The notes below the pieces were generated by a model. It ran no database searches, had not been told where the DNA came from, and worked only from the letters and a program-made list of their open reading frames with translations. The translations under genes and the position numbers were made by a program. A stretch of DNA of 63,937 nt, counting the filler, from Octopus bimaculoides (lineage: Eukaryota), in NCBI RefSeq assembly GCF_001194135.2. It is 9 parts of 8 records of this genome, joined end to end, with 100 filler letters (N's around TTAATTAATTAA, not from the genome) between each part and the next. Parts side by side here need not be neighbours in the genome. Positions count along the whole stretch, not along the records: positions 1 to 22,271 come from NC_069003.1; 8 more parts are not named here. One strand, given 5' to 3'. Shown here piece after piece: positions 1 to 12,332 of this stretch. The first letter of the stretch is position 1, and each line of letters starts with the position of its first letter.

Positions 1-33
<33 letters not shown>

Positions 34-95
34 CTATGTATGTGTTTGCATGTATATATATATATGTATCTATATGTATCTATGTATGTGTTTGC

Positions 96-147
<52 letters not shown>

Positions 148-2066
148 ATATATATAGTTCTTTTATGGTTCCTTGTTTTGAGGCTGATGAGCAAGCTGGT
201 CAATTTATTGCTTACAACACAAAACAATGAAATTGCAAACGTTATGAAACGCTTCTTTCGGTATTTGTGGAGTTTCTTATTCAGGGGTTACCCTCCGTTC
301 GACGACTGTCGAATGTTATGTATCTTAAAACCCATCTTCTAAGTTTCTCAAGAAAACCAAGTACAGTGGTGTGCGGTCCAGATAACGCGGATTGATGTTC
401 AAGGGAATTTAGTTCGAACGCGGAATCATGTGATTTTCAACTGTAAATTCTTCGCAACTTGTCAAGCCTGCTATTCGATTACATTTAACGTATTCTCTGC
501 AGAATATTATTGAGATTTATTAGGAATTTGTGAAACGTATTTTTTTTTTTAATATAATGGAAAACGCTATTTGAGCAGCGCATGTATACCTAAAGTAGCT
601 ATCATTTGATAAATTGTTTGTGAATTTTTCTCGTTCTTATTTTTGTATTAGAAGTTTGTAATATAATTATCGATAAATTAGTTAACATTCTTTCTAATAT
701 TTGTATTACTTTCGCTTTAACCTTAACCCCCACTATGACACATTCTCTTTGAAGATAGCCACGCAAACAGCTGAATGTTCACTAAATCTTTCTTCTTCTC
801 CTATCGGAAAAAGTATTACATCCATTTCTATAGAAACCAAATACATCATTAAAGAATTTCAATCACTGAACATTACGTAGGCTAACAGATTTTCCATTCG
901 TATGTTGTGTGTTCCTTTAAAGATTTGTAGTGAATGCTGCCAATATTCAGAAAGAAAAAAAAATCATCTATATATTTATTTACAATAATTGAGTCACCAA
1001 GAATACATGCAATTGATGGCTGATTTGCTCTCCACTATGAAGCTTCAATTGCAATTTCTATCCTCATATGAACTGCTAAATCTATTTGATAGATGTATAT
1101 CTACAATTTTACAGTTCAGGATTATTGTATTTGAATTTCGTAGATTATGGGAAAATCTCATATCTACATTTATCAATTGAGAATATTAACAATTGGCCAC
1201 TGAAAGGCTTATTCTGTTCCCTTGATAAATGCCAGAGAAAGCAAGTGCCATACAGAATTTACAAAACCGATTTATCACTGAATATCCACATCTTCCTTTA
1301 CTAACTACTTGCTAATACACGAGGGAGAATATAGATATTGAAATCTATACAGATTCATTATGAGAGATATAGCAGGAATGTGAAACATCCAAGCTTGTAT
1401 GCCATGGTGCAGTCTCAATACTTTGTACACAAACCGAATAAAGATTACAGTAGGCAATCGTTTGTCTTGTTAAAATTGGTTGGGTTTAAATGAAAGGAAC
1501 ATCAAATTTCCTTTTTATTATCCTATGTTCCTCTGGAGGTTGGTATGTAACCAATGGAGTTATAGATATCAATTAACGATCACACGATAACTTTGTATAT
1601 ATNNNNNNNNNNATATAAATGGTTCTAAGACACATACGGGCAAAATTGTTTTACAGGTGATATGTAGTTCCATGGAGGAAAATATTGCTACCATTTGAAA
1701 ATACTAAATGGTCTAGACATAAAACAGAATGAGAGGAACGACGGGGGAGATTAAAATTTGATTTAGGTGGTAGTAAATGATCAGAAGGGTAAATAATATT
1801 TTAGTAGAAGCAGAGCAGTTTATTCACAACTACGTTTCTTTCATCTATAAAGCAGTATTTAAGACATTAATGTTTCAAAACTGCAGAGAATGGAGTGAGT
1901 AATAGCATTTATTATACACAGAAGAGGCATTTAAATCAGCAATACACTCAATAACGACTCTTAAAATGCTTGCTTATACTTCAACTGCGTTCGATTAATA
2001 TGCATAAGGATCACTCGCGATAATAATTTTATATCGTAGACTCTGCCTCACTTGAGAGAAGCTTAC

Positions 2067-2322
2067 CTGCAAACCACTGATCAGCGGAACGAAACACGAA
2101 GTTAACACAACGTGGCCACCTATGCGGTCGATAAGCAGTCGCCATTTTGACTGCACGCTATATTTTAACGATACAGGTATAAGTATGTTTTTGAGTGGTT
2201 GTGCTGGTGTCGATGGTGGTATTTCTGTTGCTAAAGCAAGCAGCATAACTCTCTGCGGAATTGAATTAGTAACCAACATCTTAATTTCATATATTTTTGG
2301 TATTGCTAAGACATGTAATTGT
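2067..2322 (-). CDS. Candidate spliced exon of an unidentified host gene
   Basis: Minus-strand acceptor gtatttccag| at 2323-2324 and strong donor CAG|GTAAGC at 2066-2061. The 256 nt between them is open in one frame (QLHVLAIPK...FVPLISGLQ). An alternative reading is a first coding exon from caaaATGgcg at 2145 (MATAYRPHRWPRCVNFVFRSADQWFA, phase 1). No protein family recognised. Confidence 0.35.
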
Positions 2323-2766
2323 CTGGAAATACATTTTACTTATCAAGATAACGCATGATTAAGCTAGCGTTAACTTCACAGGAAACAACATTGCTCACAA
2401 GAACGCTTTCGGTTAGTGTTTAATCTCTCTAGGAAATATTAAGAAATGCTTATGATTTTAAGCGCACACAAACATATACATGTATATATTCATGCATACA
2501 TGCATGCATTCATACATACAAATATATGTATGCATACATGCATACTTACATATATACATACATACACACACATACGTATGTATGTGTGGATGTATGTACA
2601 GAAATTCAGTGCTGATATTCACTGTGTTCATAGGGCTGTAAATTTTATTTTTACACGATATTCCACGTATAGAAATGTAAAACGACAACAACAGCAACAG
2701 TAAAAACAACTGCATACCCCCCCCCCCAAAAAAAAGGAAAAAATGGATTTGGTCTGGTAAATTATT

Positions 2767-3216
2767 ATACGAAATTACATTTTGTGAAATTCTTTTGGGA
2801 AGATAGATTCTGTAAATCTGCAATGATTCAAAAAAAATGTGGAAAAAAAAATAGAAGCTAAAAAAAATTATTGGACAGGCCAAATTTCAATATCAAAACT
2901 TGACTACAAAGGAGAGAGAAGATCATGTCTAACTGAGCAAACTAAGAAAGGCAGATAAAGTTTTGCTTCGTATTTTTGTTTTCTTTNNNNNNNNNNATAC
3001 GAAATTACATTTTGTGAAATTCTTTTGGGAAGATAGATTCTGTAAATCTGCAATGATTCAAAAAAAATGTGGAAAAAAAAATAGAAGCTAAAAAAAATTA
3101 TTGGACAGGCCAAATTTCAATATCAAAACTTGACTACAAAGGAGAGAGAAGATCATGTCTAACTGAGCAAACTAAGAAAGGCAGATAAAGTTTTGCTTCG
3201 TATTTTTGTTTTCTTT
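2767..3216. other. 220-bp exact tandem duplication across a 10-N gap (likely assembly overlap artefact)
   Basis: 2767-2986 is repeated identically at 2997-3216, separated only by N at 2987-2996. Confidence 0.85.
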
Positions 3217-3884
3217 TCTTCATTCTCAGCCAACTACTCCGAAGTGATACTAAGAGTTTCTTGTTTTATCGCTCTATATATATATATATATATATAGATA
3301 TATATACACACATATATATATATGAATACATACATACGCACGCACACACACACCCACACACACACATATATATATATATACACGCATACATATTTATCAT
3401 ACTTGTATGTATGCGCGTATGTCTGTATATATATATGTATATATACGCATATATATGTATATAAATTCATATACGTATGTATGTATGTACTTGTAGGTAT
3501 GTGTACATATGTCCCTTGTGTAAGCAGCTATTTATTCATAGCTACATGCATTATACATGGAATATCTTATATCGTTGTATTATGTCGAAGACTTTGTATG
3601 TTATAATGTATTGTTATGGGAAAGGTAGCGGTGTCGTGTCTTTCGTATTTTTTTCTTTTCTATTTTATTTTATTCTATTTTTTCCGTTTCTGATTCGAGA
3701 TACGAGAAGAACAATACAATATTCATGTGATATTGTCGTTTAGGAAACAAAATAAACTATAATATGATGAAATAAGATACCTTAAATACTTAGCATGGAC
3801 GATGACAATGATGACAGATATGGTGCCAATGATTATTATTATTATTATTATTATTATCATCATCATCATTATTTATCTCAGCTA

Positions 3885-5040
3885 TCGGTACAAAGTCTGA
3901 AATTTTGAAGGGAGGGTGTAGTCGATTACATCAGCTCAACTGGGAATTATCTGATCACCCCATAGTGAAAGACAGTCAACCTCGGTGTCATTTGAACTCA
4001 GAACGTAACACAGGATGAGATGCTGCTAAGCACTTTGCCTGACGCTTTAACGATGCCCTCAGCCGGCCACCTTATGTTTTATATAGTAAAATATGTGCTA
4101 ATAAATTTAACATAGCTGGCAGAATCGTTAGCATGCTGGGCAAAATGCATATCCTCCGTCTTTACGTCATTACGTCCTGCGTTCAAATTCCACCGAGGAA
4201 CGATTCTGCCAACTCGCCGCCTTAATAATAATAATAATAATAATAATGGTTTCAAATTCCGGCGGTGTGGTTAGGTCAGTTTCATCATCACCAATATCCA
4301 GCTGGTATTTATTTTGTCGACCTAGGAGGGATTAAATTCAAAGTCGGACCCGGCGGTATTTCAACTCAGAAAGTAAAGACGGATGAAATGCCGCTGGGCA
4401 CTTTGTCCGGCGTGCTAACAATTCTGCCAACTCGCATGCTTTCATAATAATAGTGATCCTTTATATTATAAGCACAAATTCTGNNNNNNNNNNTGTTTTA
4501 TATAGTAAAATATGTGCTAATAAATTTAACATAGCTGGCAGAATCGTTAGCATGCTGGGCAAAATGCATATCCTCCGTCTTTACGTCATTACGTCCTGCG
4601 TTCAAATTCCACCGAGGAACGATTCTGCCAGCTTGCACTATGGGCACAAGGCCTGAAATTTAGAGGGGAGAGGACTAATTGATTACATGAATCCCAGAGT
4701 ACCGCTGGTACTTATGTTATTGGCCCTGAAAGAATGATATTGACCTAACCCTAATTTGAACACGGAACGTAAAACTGGAAGAAATGCAGTGAAGAATTTT
4801 TCCTGGCGTCATAACGATTCTACCAGCTCGCTGTCTTACCTGTTCTGTGATATTTATTTCTTTATTTCCCCCAGGGAGCTAAACACAGAGGGGCCAAGCA
4901 AAGACAAAGGGATTAAGTCGATTACATCGACTCCAGTGAGTAACTGGTACTTTCGGCGGAATCTGAACTCGGAACGTAACTGCAGATGAAATACTGCTAA
5001 GCATTTCGCCCGGCGTCCTAACGATTCCGCCAGCTCGCAG
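3885..5040 (-). mobile_element. Cluster of tRNA-derived SINE 'family C' copies, mostly on the minus strand
   Basis: Repeated reverse-complement matches to ggcgagctggcagaaacgttagcacgccgggcgaaatgc...ttctgagttcaaattccgccgaggtcgactttgcc at about 3885-4070, 4248-4437, 4635-4830 and 4855-5040. The B-box-like GAGTTCAAAT(T)CC is present. Confidence 0.75.
4075..4630. other. 137-bp exact duplication flanking a 10-N gap (possible uncollapsed haplotypes)
   Basis: 4075-4211 is identical to 4494-4630. The gap is at 4484-4493, and the sequences diverge after gattctgcca. Confidence 0.7.
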
Positions 5041-5574
5041 CCCTCCTGTTATATAATATTAAAACAGACACATATTTTAAAGTTATATTTATTTTACTAA
5101 TATTTATATTCCAATATATCTTTTGCGAATACACCTGATAAATTAAACTTGAATGATACCAATTTTGCAAAAATATACTCATTCAATGTGCCAGTTACAA
5201 AAAGAAAAAAAAAAAAAGAAAACCGTTGTGTTGAGAAACTAAATTTTGACAATTTATGTGTGAAAACAACACGTCGAAAATATTCTCTGAATTGTGTTAT
5301 TTTCCGTTCTGTTATTAATGAAACGATTGAATATTTTAACATCTCAGCATGACTAGTACTAATATATATTTCTTAATATATATTTTTCTTCTGTCAAAAT
5401 ATACTTTATACGCCTGTATTCATATTTACATGACTACAGACATTAAGACGGATATTATTTAAACTTCCTAACAATCTTAATACTAAATATTTTACAACTA
5501 GTTATATAAAACTATTATTTCATTTGTTTGGAATTCATTGCTTATTCCTGTTCTATTATCTACATGTGCTAACA

Positions 5575-6640
5575 TGTGGCGAGTTACCAAAATTGTTAAC
5601 ACGTCGCACGATCTGCTTCTTAACGGTATCTCTTCTGGTTTTACATTTCGAGTTCACATTTTGCCGAGGTTGACTTTACCCTGCTTCCTTTCGGGGTCAA
5701 TAAAATAAGAATCTGAAGGCCGCGAGCTCGCAGAAACGTTAGCACGTCGGGCGAAATGCTTACCGGTGTTTCGTCTGTCTTTACGTTCTGAGTTCAAATT
5801 CCGCCGAGGTCGACTTTGCTTTTCATCCTTTTTGGGTCGATAAATTAAGCACCAGTTTCGCACTGGGGTCGATGTTATCAACTTAATCCCTTTGTCTGTC
5901 CTTGTTTGCCCCCTCTATGGTTAGCCCCTTGTGGGTAATAAAGAAATAAGAAACGTTAGCTACGCCGGGCGAAATGCTTAGCGGTATTTCGTCTGCTGTT
6001 ACGTTCTGACTTCAAATTCCGCCGAGGTCGACTTTGCCTTTCATTCTTTCGGGGTCGATAAATTAAGTACCAGTTGTGTACTTGGGTCGATATAATCGAC
6101 TAGCCCCCTCCCCCAAAACTCGGGCCTTGTGCCTAGAGTAGAAAACAATAAAATAAGTACCAGTTATGCACTGGTGTCGATATAAACAAGGCCCCCTCCC
6201 TGAAAGTTTCAGGCCTTGTGCCTATAATAGAAAGGATTATTCACACGTGATGAGGCGGATTTTTTAACACGTCTGTCAAATTGCTTAACGGTATTTCTTC
6301 TAGCTTTATGTTTCGAGTTCAAATTCCGCCGAGGTCGACTTTGCCTTTCATCCATTCGGAGTTGATAAAATAAATACCAGTTACGCATTCGGGTCGATGA
6401 AATTGACTACCTTGCTCCCCCGTAATTGCTAGCCTTGGGCCAAAGTTTGAAATAATTGCCTACATGTGATAAGGCGGTGAGTTAGTAGACATGTTAACAC
6501 GTTGGACAAAACGCTATAACTTTTCTTCCGGTTTTTCGTTCTGAGTTCAAATGCCGCCGTAGTCTACTTTGCCTTGCATCCTCACAGGTTCGATAAAATA
6601 AAGTAACAGTTAAATACTGGGATCCATGTAATCGACTCCC
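5575..6640 (+). mobile_element. Head-to-tail cluster of about five SINE 'family C' copies on the plus strand
   Basis: Copies at about 5575-5710, 5718-5945, 5945-6150, 6245-6455 and 6465-6640 share gttcaaattccgccgaggtcgactttgcctttcatcc and gataaa(t/a)taagtaccagtt. Confidence 0.8.
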
Positions 6641-6649
6641 CCCCCCTGC

Positions 6650-6764
6650 CATGGTTCCGGGTACATTCCCACTGCGTGGCACCTAGTGCGTCTTCTTGTA
6701 TAACTTTGGGCTGATCAAAGCCTTGTGAGTGGATTTGGAAGATGAAAACTGTAAGAACCCCGTC

Positions 6765-6805
<41 letters not shown>

Positions 6806-6965
6806 CCACCAACATCGCTTGATGCTGGTGTGTTTACGTCCCCGTAACTTATTCTATCGGTCTCTTTTGCCGAATCACTAAGTACTAGGCTAACGAGTGC
6901 TAATAAGTGCTGGCGTCGTTTTGCTCGACTAAAGGCGGTGCTCCAGCATGGCTGCATAAAAGAAT
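6650..6965 (+). mobile_element. SINE 'family B' copy (5'-truncated) with internal (TG)n
   Basis: ccatggttccggg...cccactgcgtggcacc...gccttgtgagtggatttgg, then (TG)n, then gctggtgtgtttacgtccccgtaactt...gctccagcatggctgc. Same layout as 11283-11672. Confidence 0.75.
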
Positions 6966-7956
6966 AATTCGAGCACCACACTTTAAAGTGTAATACTTAT
7001 AGTTTTAAGAAGTCAAAGCATCATTTCAGGCAGAATTTGCTGCTATATCTTGCAGATCAAGCTGCCACATGAAAGTTCTATTGGCTTATAAAGAGAATTC
7101 TATAATAAAGAAATGCACTCCCTACACTCTATCCTACACATTGTACCATATACTCCAAACGCTGAAACTATCCCGCCATTTTGTTTGCGTTAACATAAAA
7201 TGTTTTCCTTGTCGTATTTTCAATTAGTGAAGGGGAAAAAAAAACCGATATTTTTCTCAAATTCCTATAATTATATTCGATTATTTTCAAATGGATTCGA
7301 TTATCTGTCGAACTACCGTGATGAAGTCTGAAAGAATTCAGCTCTTCAGCTCCCCTGCTCGTTCTTAAATTGTCCAAGATCCTTTAATATTGCGGTTCTT
7401 TTCTTTTTTTCCTTTTTTCTTAGACAGGTGCGAAATACGATAATGATTCTTCCATATTTGAACTGAAAGCTCCACTCGTTATGCTTTCATTAATAATCAA
7501 GAATCTCATTGTTCGTGAGAATTATCTTAATGAAGTAATTAAGCCTTGATGCAATTAATGTAGTAATTAATGAGCAGCTGTTGAATTCTTCTTCTTCATT
7601 GCAAAATTTAAAGGGTTTTTATGGTCTATGTGTCGTATGTATTCTTTCTGGCATTCATTTCTTACGTTATATTGCAGAATTCCAATATGCAGGTGTAAAT
7701 AGCGATTGCTTTTGACAAGGCAAATCAAATGTTGCGTGCAAGCAGCGCCTGGAACGCGAGAAATTCGTTTCGATGCCACTCGGTTATACATTCAATTTCA
7801 CTGTTTAGCAATTTGGTTCTCACTGCCTTTTACCATAGTGTCGGTTTGGTTCAATGCTCGGGTGTATGGAATTATGAAGACGCAAGATTTGTTGAGACAA
7901 ATCGTGCACATATAGATATATATATACATACATAAATATATATATGAATATATATT

Positions 7957-8045
<89 letters not shown>

Positions 8046-8294
8046 TTTTGGTCGCTTTGACTACTTCTGGCGTGTAAAACTGCCTGTTAAAGGCAGTTTC
8101 TCTTGTGTTTAAATGTACACTATTTCATATATATATATATATACTTACGTCAAACAAATTCACGCACAAAACATTGGTGGAAGACACCGTCTCAACGTGC
8201 CGCACAGTGGGACTGAACCCTTTGAAACCATGTTTTGAAGCGAGCCTCTTAAACACACAGCTATTTTATTCCTGGAATGAAAGTTTAAAATATA

Positions 8295-8507
8295 CACGGT
8301 GGCCCAAAAGTAGGTTTCCAGTTATTCAATTATCTCTTTCGCATTCATATGTTAAGTTTAGATCTTAATTATAAAAAAAAAATATGAAATCATTATTCTA
8401 TTCTAATTTAGTTAAATGTAAGATAAAAATTTAAATGTAATAAAATGTTTGAAAAGAAATTTAAAGTGTTTACGTGATAACTGTAAACTTACTTTTGGGC
8501 CTCCCTG
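8295..8507. mobile_element. 213-bp Tc1/mariner-type MITE with 31-bp TIRs and TA target duplication
   Basis: Left TIR cacggtggcccaaaagtaggtttccagttat versus reverse complement of the right end cagggaggcccaaaagtaagtttacagttat (27/31 identical). TA on both sides (8293-8294, 8508-8509). AT-rich non-coding interior. Confidence 0.8.
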
Positions 8508-8674
8508 TATAACAAAACAACAGTAACGAATCAGCTTCAAAACTTTTGTTCTCGTTTGTTGTCTGTTGCTGGAGTAATGTTCAGTAATTGTTAAAACGTA
8601 ATCCGTGTTGCATCCACGTTAAAACAAAAACAAACAGAATTAAACTTGTAGTAGTTTTTGAAGTAGCCACTCTG

Positions 8675-8865
8675 GTGGTCCGCCATTAATTTAGGCATTG
8701 GTTATCTAATTTCGATGCCAAACATGTTCTAGTTCTGGCTATAAATTCAGCGAGTTTCTTTGAGAGAAGACTACACGATATAATTACAAATGAATCTTGT
8801 AAAGTACATTTGAGTTTGCAAAACAATTTCTTTGGTTCTTTTATAACACCGGAAGCGGAAATTTA
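8675..8865. promoter_or_regulatory. Possible housekeeping-type promoter motifs (YY1-like plus tandem ETS sites)
   Basis: CCGCCATT at 8680-8687 and CCGGAAGCGGAAAT at 8849-8862 in non-repetitive sequence. Motif evidence only. Confidence 0.2.
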
Positions 8866-9899
8866 CATGCGTGTAGAAGATAATCGAAGACTAACTAAAG
8901 CACAGAATATATACATAACAGAAGCACATATTTTGGCAAGCTCTAGTATTATATATTAAACACCGAAAAATCTAACAAAAGTTTTGTCTAAAACACTTAT
9001 CTCATTTACTGATCGACAAATTATTTATCTCTCATCTTTTTCTTGTTTTCGTTGTTATTTTGTAAACGTTTGAAGTTGAAATAATATTCCTACTAGTACG
9101 AAATATAAATATGCAGATATTTAAAATTTAATTATATCTAATGGGATTCTTAATATATTGAAATATATTCACACAGTATATTCAATAAATGACTGTTGAA
9201 GTTATCTCTAATCATAACATGCTAATGAATTATAATCGAGGTATTTCAATTCATCTTTTATTAACGATGATATTTTTTTCTTATTTCTCTCTTATTCTGA
9301 ATGTTAGTGGAAATTCATTATCTGCTAGCTGTTTGTAATTTTCAACTAGAAATGGTGAATTACTTTGGAAAGTAAGAATCTTGTGAATTACATCTATAAA
9401 ATGTTGTTAGAGATTTTGTAGACGTGGTATTTTTCAATGGCTTCAAAACTAGTTCGTTTATTCGCTTATTCTCTTATCGTCTAAATATCAGATCGAATGC
9501 ACAACATTATGATAGAAGATAATGGTGCTATTGTTGAGAAATTAACTTTTTAATTACGTAATAGTTGCGGAGAAATTGAGGCAGGTTCAGTCTCGCAACG
9601 CATCACATTACCAAGTATTTCCTAACCTCGTCTACCAAATTCTACACAGAATGCCTTTTATAGAAAGAATCCGGTAGACATGGCTCCGTGTTCGGTCCCA
9701 CTGCATGGAACCTCAGAGCAGTGTAGTTTACTATAGTCTCGAACTGACCAAAGCCTCGTGAGTGGATTTGGTAGACGGAAACTAAAAGAAGCATGTCATA
9801 TATATATTAAAATTCTGCATAAGAATTTTGGACTTACCTGTCATACATCAGAATTTATGTTTCTGTGATCATGTATATGCTGTAGTCTGCGATTTTGTC

Positions 9900-10568
9900 A
9901 TGGACAGAAACAAAAAAGTCAACGTGAAATTTTGCGTTACACTTGCGAGAACTGTTACAGAGACACTGATCATGCCTCGGCTAGCTTACGGTGACGAGAC
10001 AATGGGTCGAACGCAATGCTTCGAGTGGCGCGGATGCTTCAAAAGCGGAAGAACATCTCTGGAAGAAGATAAGCAATGCAGAAGACCTGTCACGAGCGTC
10101 ATCCCCGGAAATGTGATATTTTGCATCGGGAATTCGTCCCTCAGGACCAGAACGTTAATCGAGAGTTCTACTGTGATGTTTTGAAGTGCTGGAGGGAGGA
10201 CATTCGGCGAAAACAACCGGATCTGTGGAGCGCGAAGAACTAAATTCTTCACGACGACAATGCACCCTGTAACCGAGCACTCCTTATTCGTGAGATTCTC
10301 GCCACAAACAACATGGTTTCGCTTCCGCATCCGCCCAATTCGCCAGATTTAGCACCTCCAGACCCCGTCTCTTCCTCAAGATAAAAAAATACAGTTCATA
10401 GGTCGCCGTTTTTACACCCTTGTCGGGATCCAGAGCGACTCGCTGAAGTTTTTCGACTCGCTTATGGAAAAAGACTTTCCGGCCAGATTCCAAAACTGGC
10501 AGGAACGCTGAAAACGGTGTATTACTGGGCAAGGTAACTATTTCGAAGGGGATGATGTTAAAACATAG
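9900..10568 (+). mobile_element. Internally deleted mariner (Mos1/DD34D-type) transposase pseudogene
   Basis: N-terminal HTH VNVKFCVTLARTVTETLIMPRLAYGDETMGRTQCFEW...FKSGRTSLEED is joined directly to the C-terminal EFVPQDQNVNREFYCDVL...ILHDDNAPCN...HPPNSPDLAP...KRCITGQGNYFEGD. Stops and frameshifts are present. The WVPHxL/first-Asp region is missing. Confidence 0.9.
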
Positions 10569-11282
10569 GTAAATAAATTGTTTTTTCTTTTATTATTAAA
10601 CATAACTAGTCCGAATACATTTTGATATGTGTGTGTGATTATCTATAATTGTGGATGTATTCCTGTTTATGCGCTGAAGACTGTGTGTCGCTTTGCTCAC
10701 CTTTATGTCAAGATGACATAATTATTCGATAATTAGAGATCAATTAATTGACTACCAGCCTGAAATACTGCGATCAGTAAGATTGTCTATAACCTTTGAA
10801 GTTGGCACCTCGACATCTCTACAATCAAACCGTCGAAACTTGAAGCTAACTGAATAAATTTAAATCATGAATGTGAACGTCACGTTTTCTCATTGGTTAA
10901 TGGTGCTATACGTGGTTACCCGTAAAAGGGCGTGGCCTACTGGTTAATGTGTTGCACTGTCGATTACAAGATCGTGGTTTCTATCTCAGGACTGGGCGGT
11001 GCGTTGTGTCTTTGAGCAAAACACTTCCTTTCGCGATGCACAGCGATCACTTTGACATCTGACATGTGGAACACTATGTGTTTGTACAAACTAAATCGAC
11101 TTCATGGAGGAAGTGAACTAACTTTCAACACAAACACTTCAGCTCTAAACACAAATCATTTGTGTATAGTTACAAAACCTTCATGTTTCGCTAACGACAG
11201 GAGAGTCGACCACAGGGCTATTTATGATTAGGAATTTTAAGGTTTTTGTGTTAAATAAGGTAAAAAGAATAATAATTAAATA

Positions 11283-11672
11283 GGAGTGGCTGTGTGGTAA
11301 GTAACTTGCTTACCAACCACATGATTCCGGTTTCAGTGCCACTGCGTGGCACCTTGGGCAAGTGTCTTCTACTGTGGCCTCGGGCCGACCAGACACTTGT
11401 GAGTGAATTTGGTAGACGGAAACTGAAAGAAGCCCGCCGTATATATATATGTATGTGTGTGTGTGTGTGTGTGTGTTTGTCATCCCACCATCGCTTGACA
11501 ACCGATGCTGGTGTGTTTATGTCCCCCGTAACTTAGCGGTTCGAGAAAAGAGGCGATAAAATAAGTACTAGGCTTACAAAAAATAAATCCTGGGATCGAT
11601 TTGCTCGACTAAAAGGCGGTGCTTCAGCATAACCGCAGTCAAATTACTGAAAGGAATAAAAGAATAAAAGAA
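11283..11672 (+). mobile_element. Near full-length SINE 'family B' (tRNA-like head, internal microsatellite, A-rich tail)
   Basis: Head ggagtggctgtgtggtaagtaacttgc...ggtttcagtgccactgcgtggcacc. (TA)n(TG)n at about 11441-11478. Tail ...gcagtcaaattactgaaaggaataaaagaataaaag. Many homologous copies occur in the window. Confidence 0.8.
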
Positions 11673-12106
11673 GTATAGNNNNNNNNNNNNNNNNNNNNNN
11701 NNNNNNNNNNNNNNNNNNNNNNNNNNNNNNNNNNNNNNNNNNNNNNNNNNNNNNNNNNNNNNNNNNNNNNNNNNNNNNNNNNNNNNNNNNNNNNNNNNNN
11801 NNNNNNNNNNNNNNNNNNNNNNNNNNNNNNNNNNNNNNNNNNNNNNNNNNNNNNNNNNNNNNNNNNNNNNNNNNNNNNNNNNNNNNNNNNNNNNNNNNNN
11901 NNNNNNNNNNNNNNNNNNNNNNNNNNNNNNNNNNNNNNNNNNNNNNNNNNNNNNNNNNNNNNNNNNNNNNNNNNNNNNNNNNNNNNNNNNNNNNNNNNNN
12001 NNNNNNNNNNNNNNNNNNNNNNNNNNNNNNNNNNNNNNNNNNNNNNNNNNNNNNNNNNNNNNNNNNNNNNNNNNNNNNNNNNNNNNNNNNNNNNNNNNNN
12101 NNNNNN

Positions 12107-12332
12107 CTTTCACCACAACTTTCTCTCACTCTTACTTCCTGTTTCTGCTGTGCCTGTAATTCAAAGGGTCAGCCTTGTCACACTGTGTCACGCTGAATAT
12201 CCCCGAGAACTACGTTAAGGGTACACGTGTCTGTGGAGTGCTCAGCCACTTGCACGTTAATTTCACGAGCAGGCTGTTCCGTTGATCAGATCAACTGGAA
12301 CCCTCGATGTCGTAAGCGACGGAATGCCAACA
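12107..12332 (+). mobile_element. 3' half of SINE 'family A'
   Basis: High identity to 32163-32388 (caccacaactttctctcactc...gccaaca). The 5' half falls in the adjacent gap. Confidence 0.8.

Noticed and set aside
184-255. CTGATGA ... GAAAC near the window start
   Set aside because: No helix II adjacent to GAAA, no helix III/UH triplet and no helix I complement. Not a hammerhead.
28-342. ORFs rich in [12 protein letters not shown] or MYVC repeats (dozens across the window)
   Set aside because: They are translations of (TA)n, (CA)n and (CATA)n microsatellites.
7168-7377. Minus-strand ORF and YY1-like CAAAATGGCGGG motif at about 7173-7184
   Set aside because: The ATG is followed by a stop after three codons, and there is no clear splice-site pair or homology.
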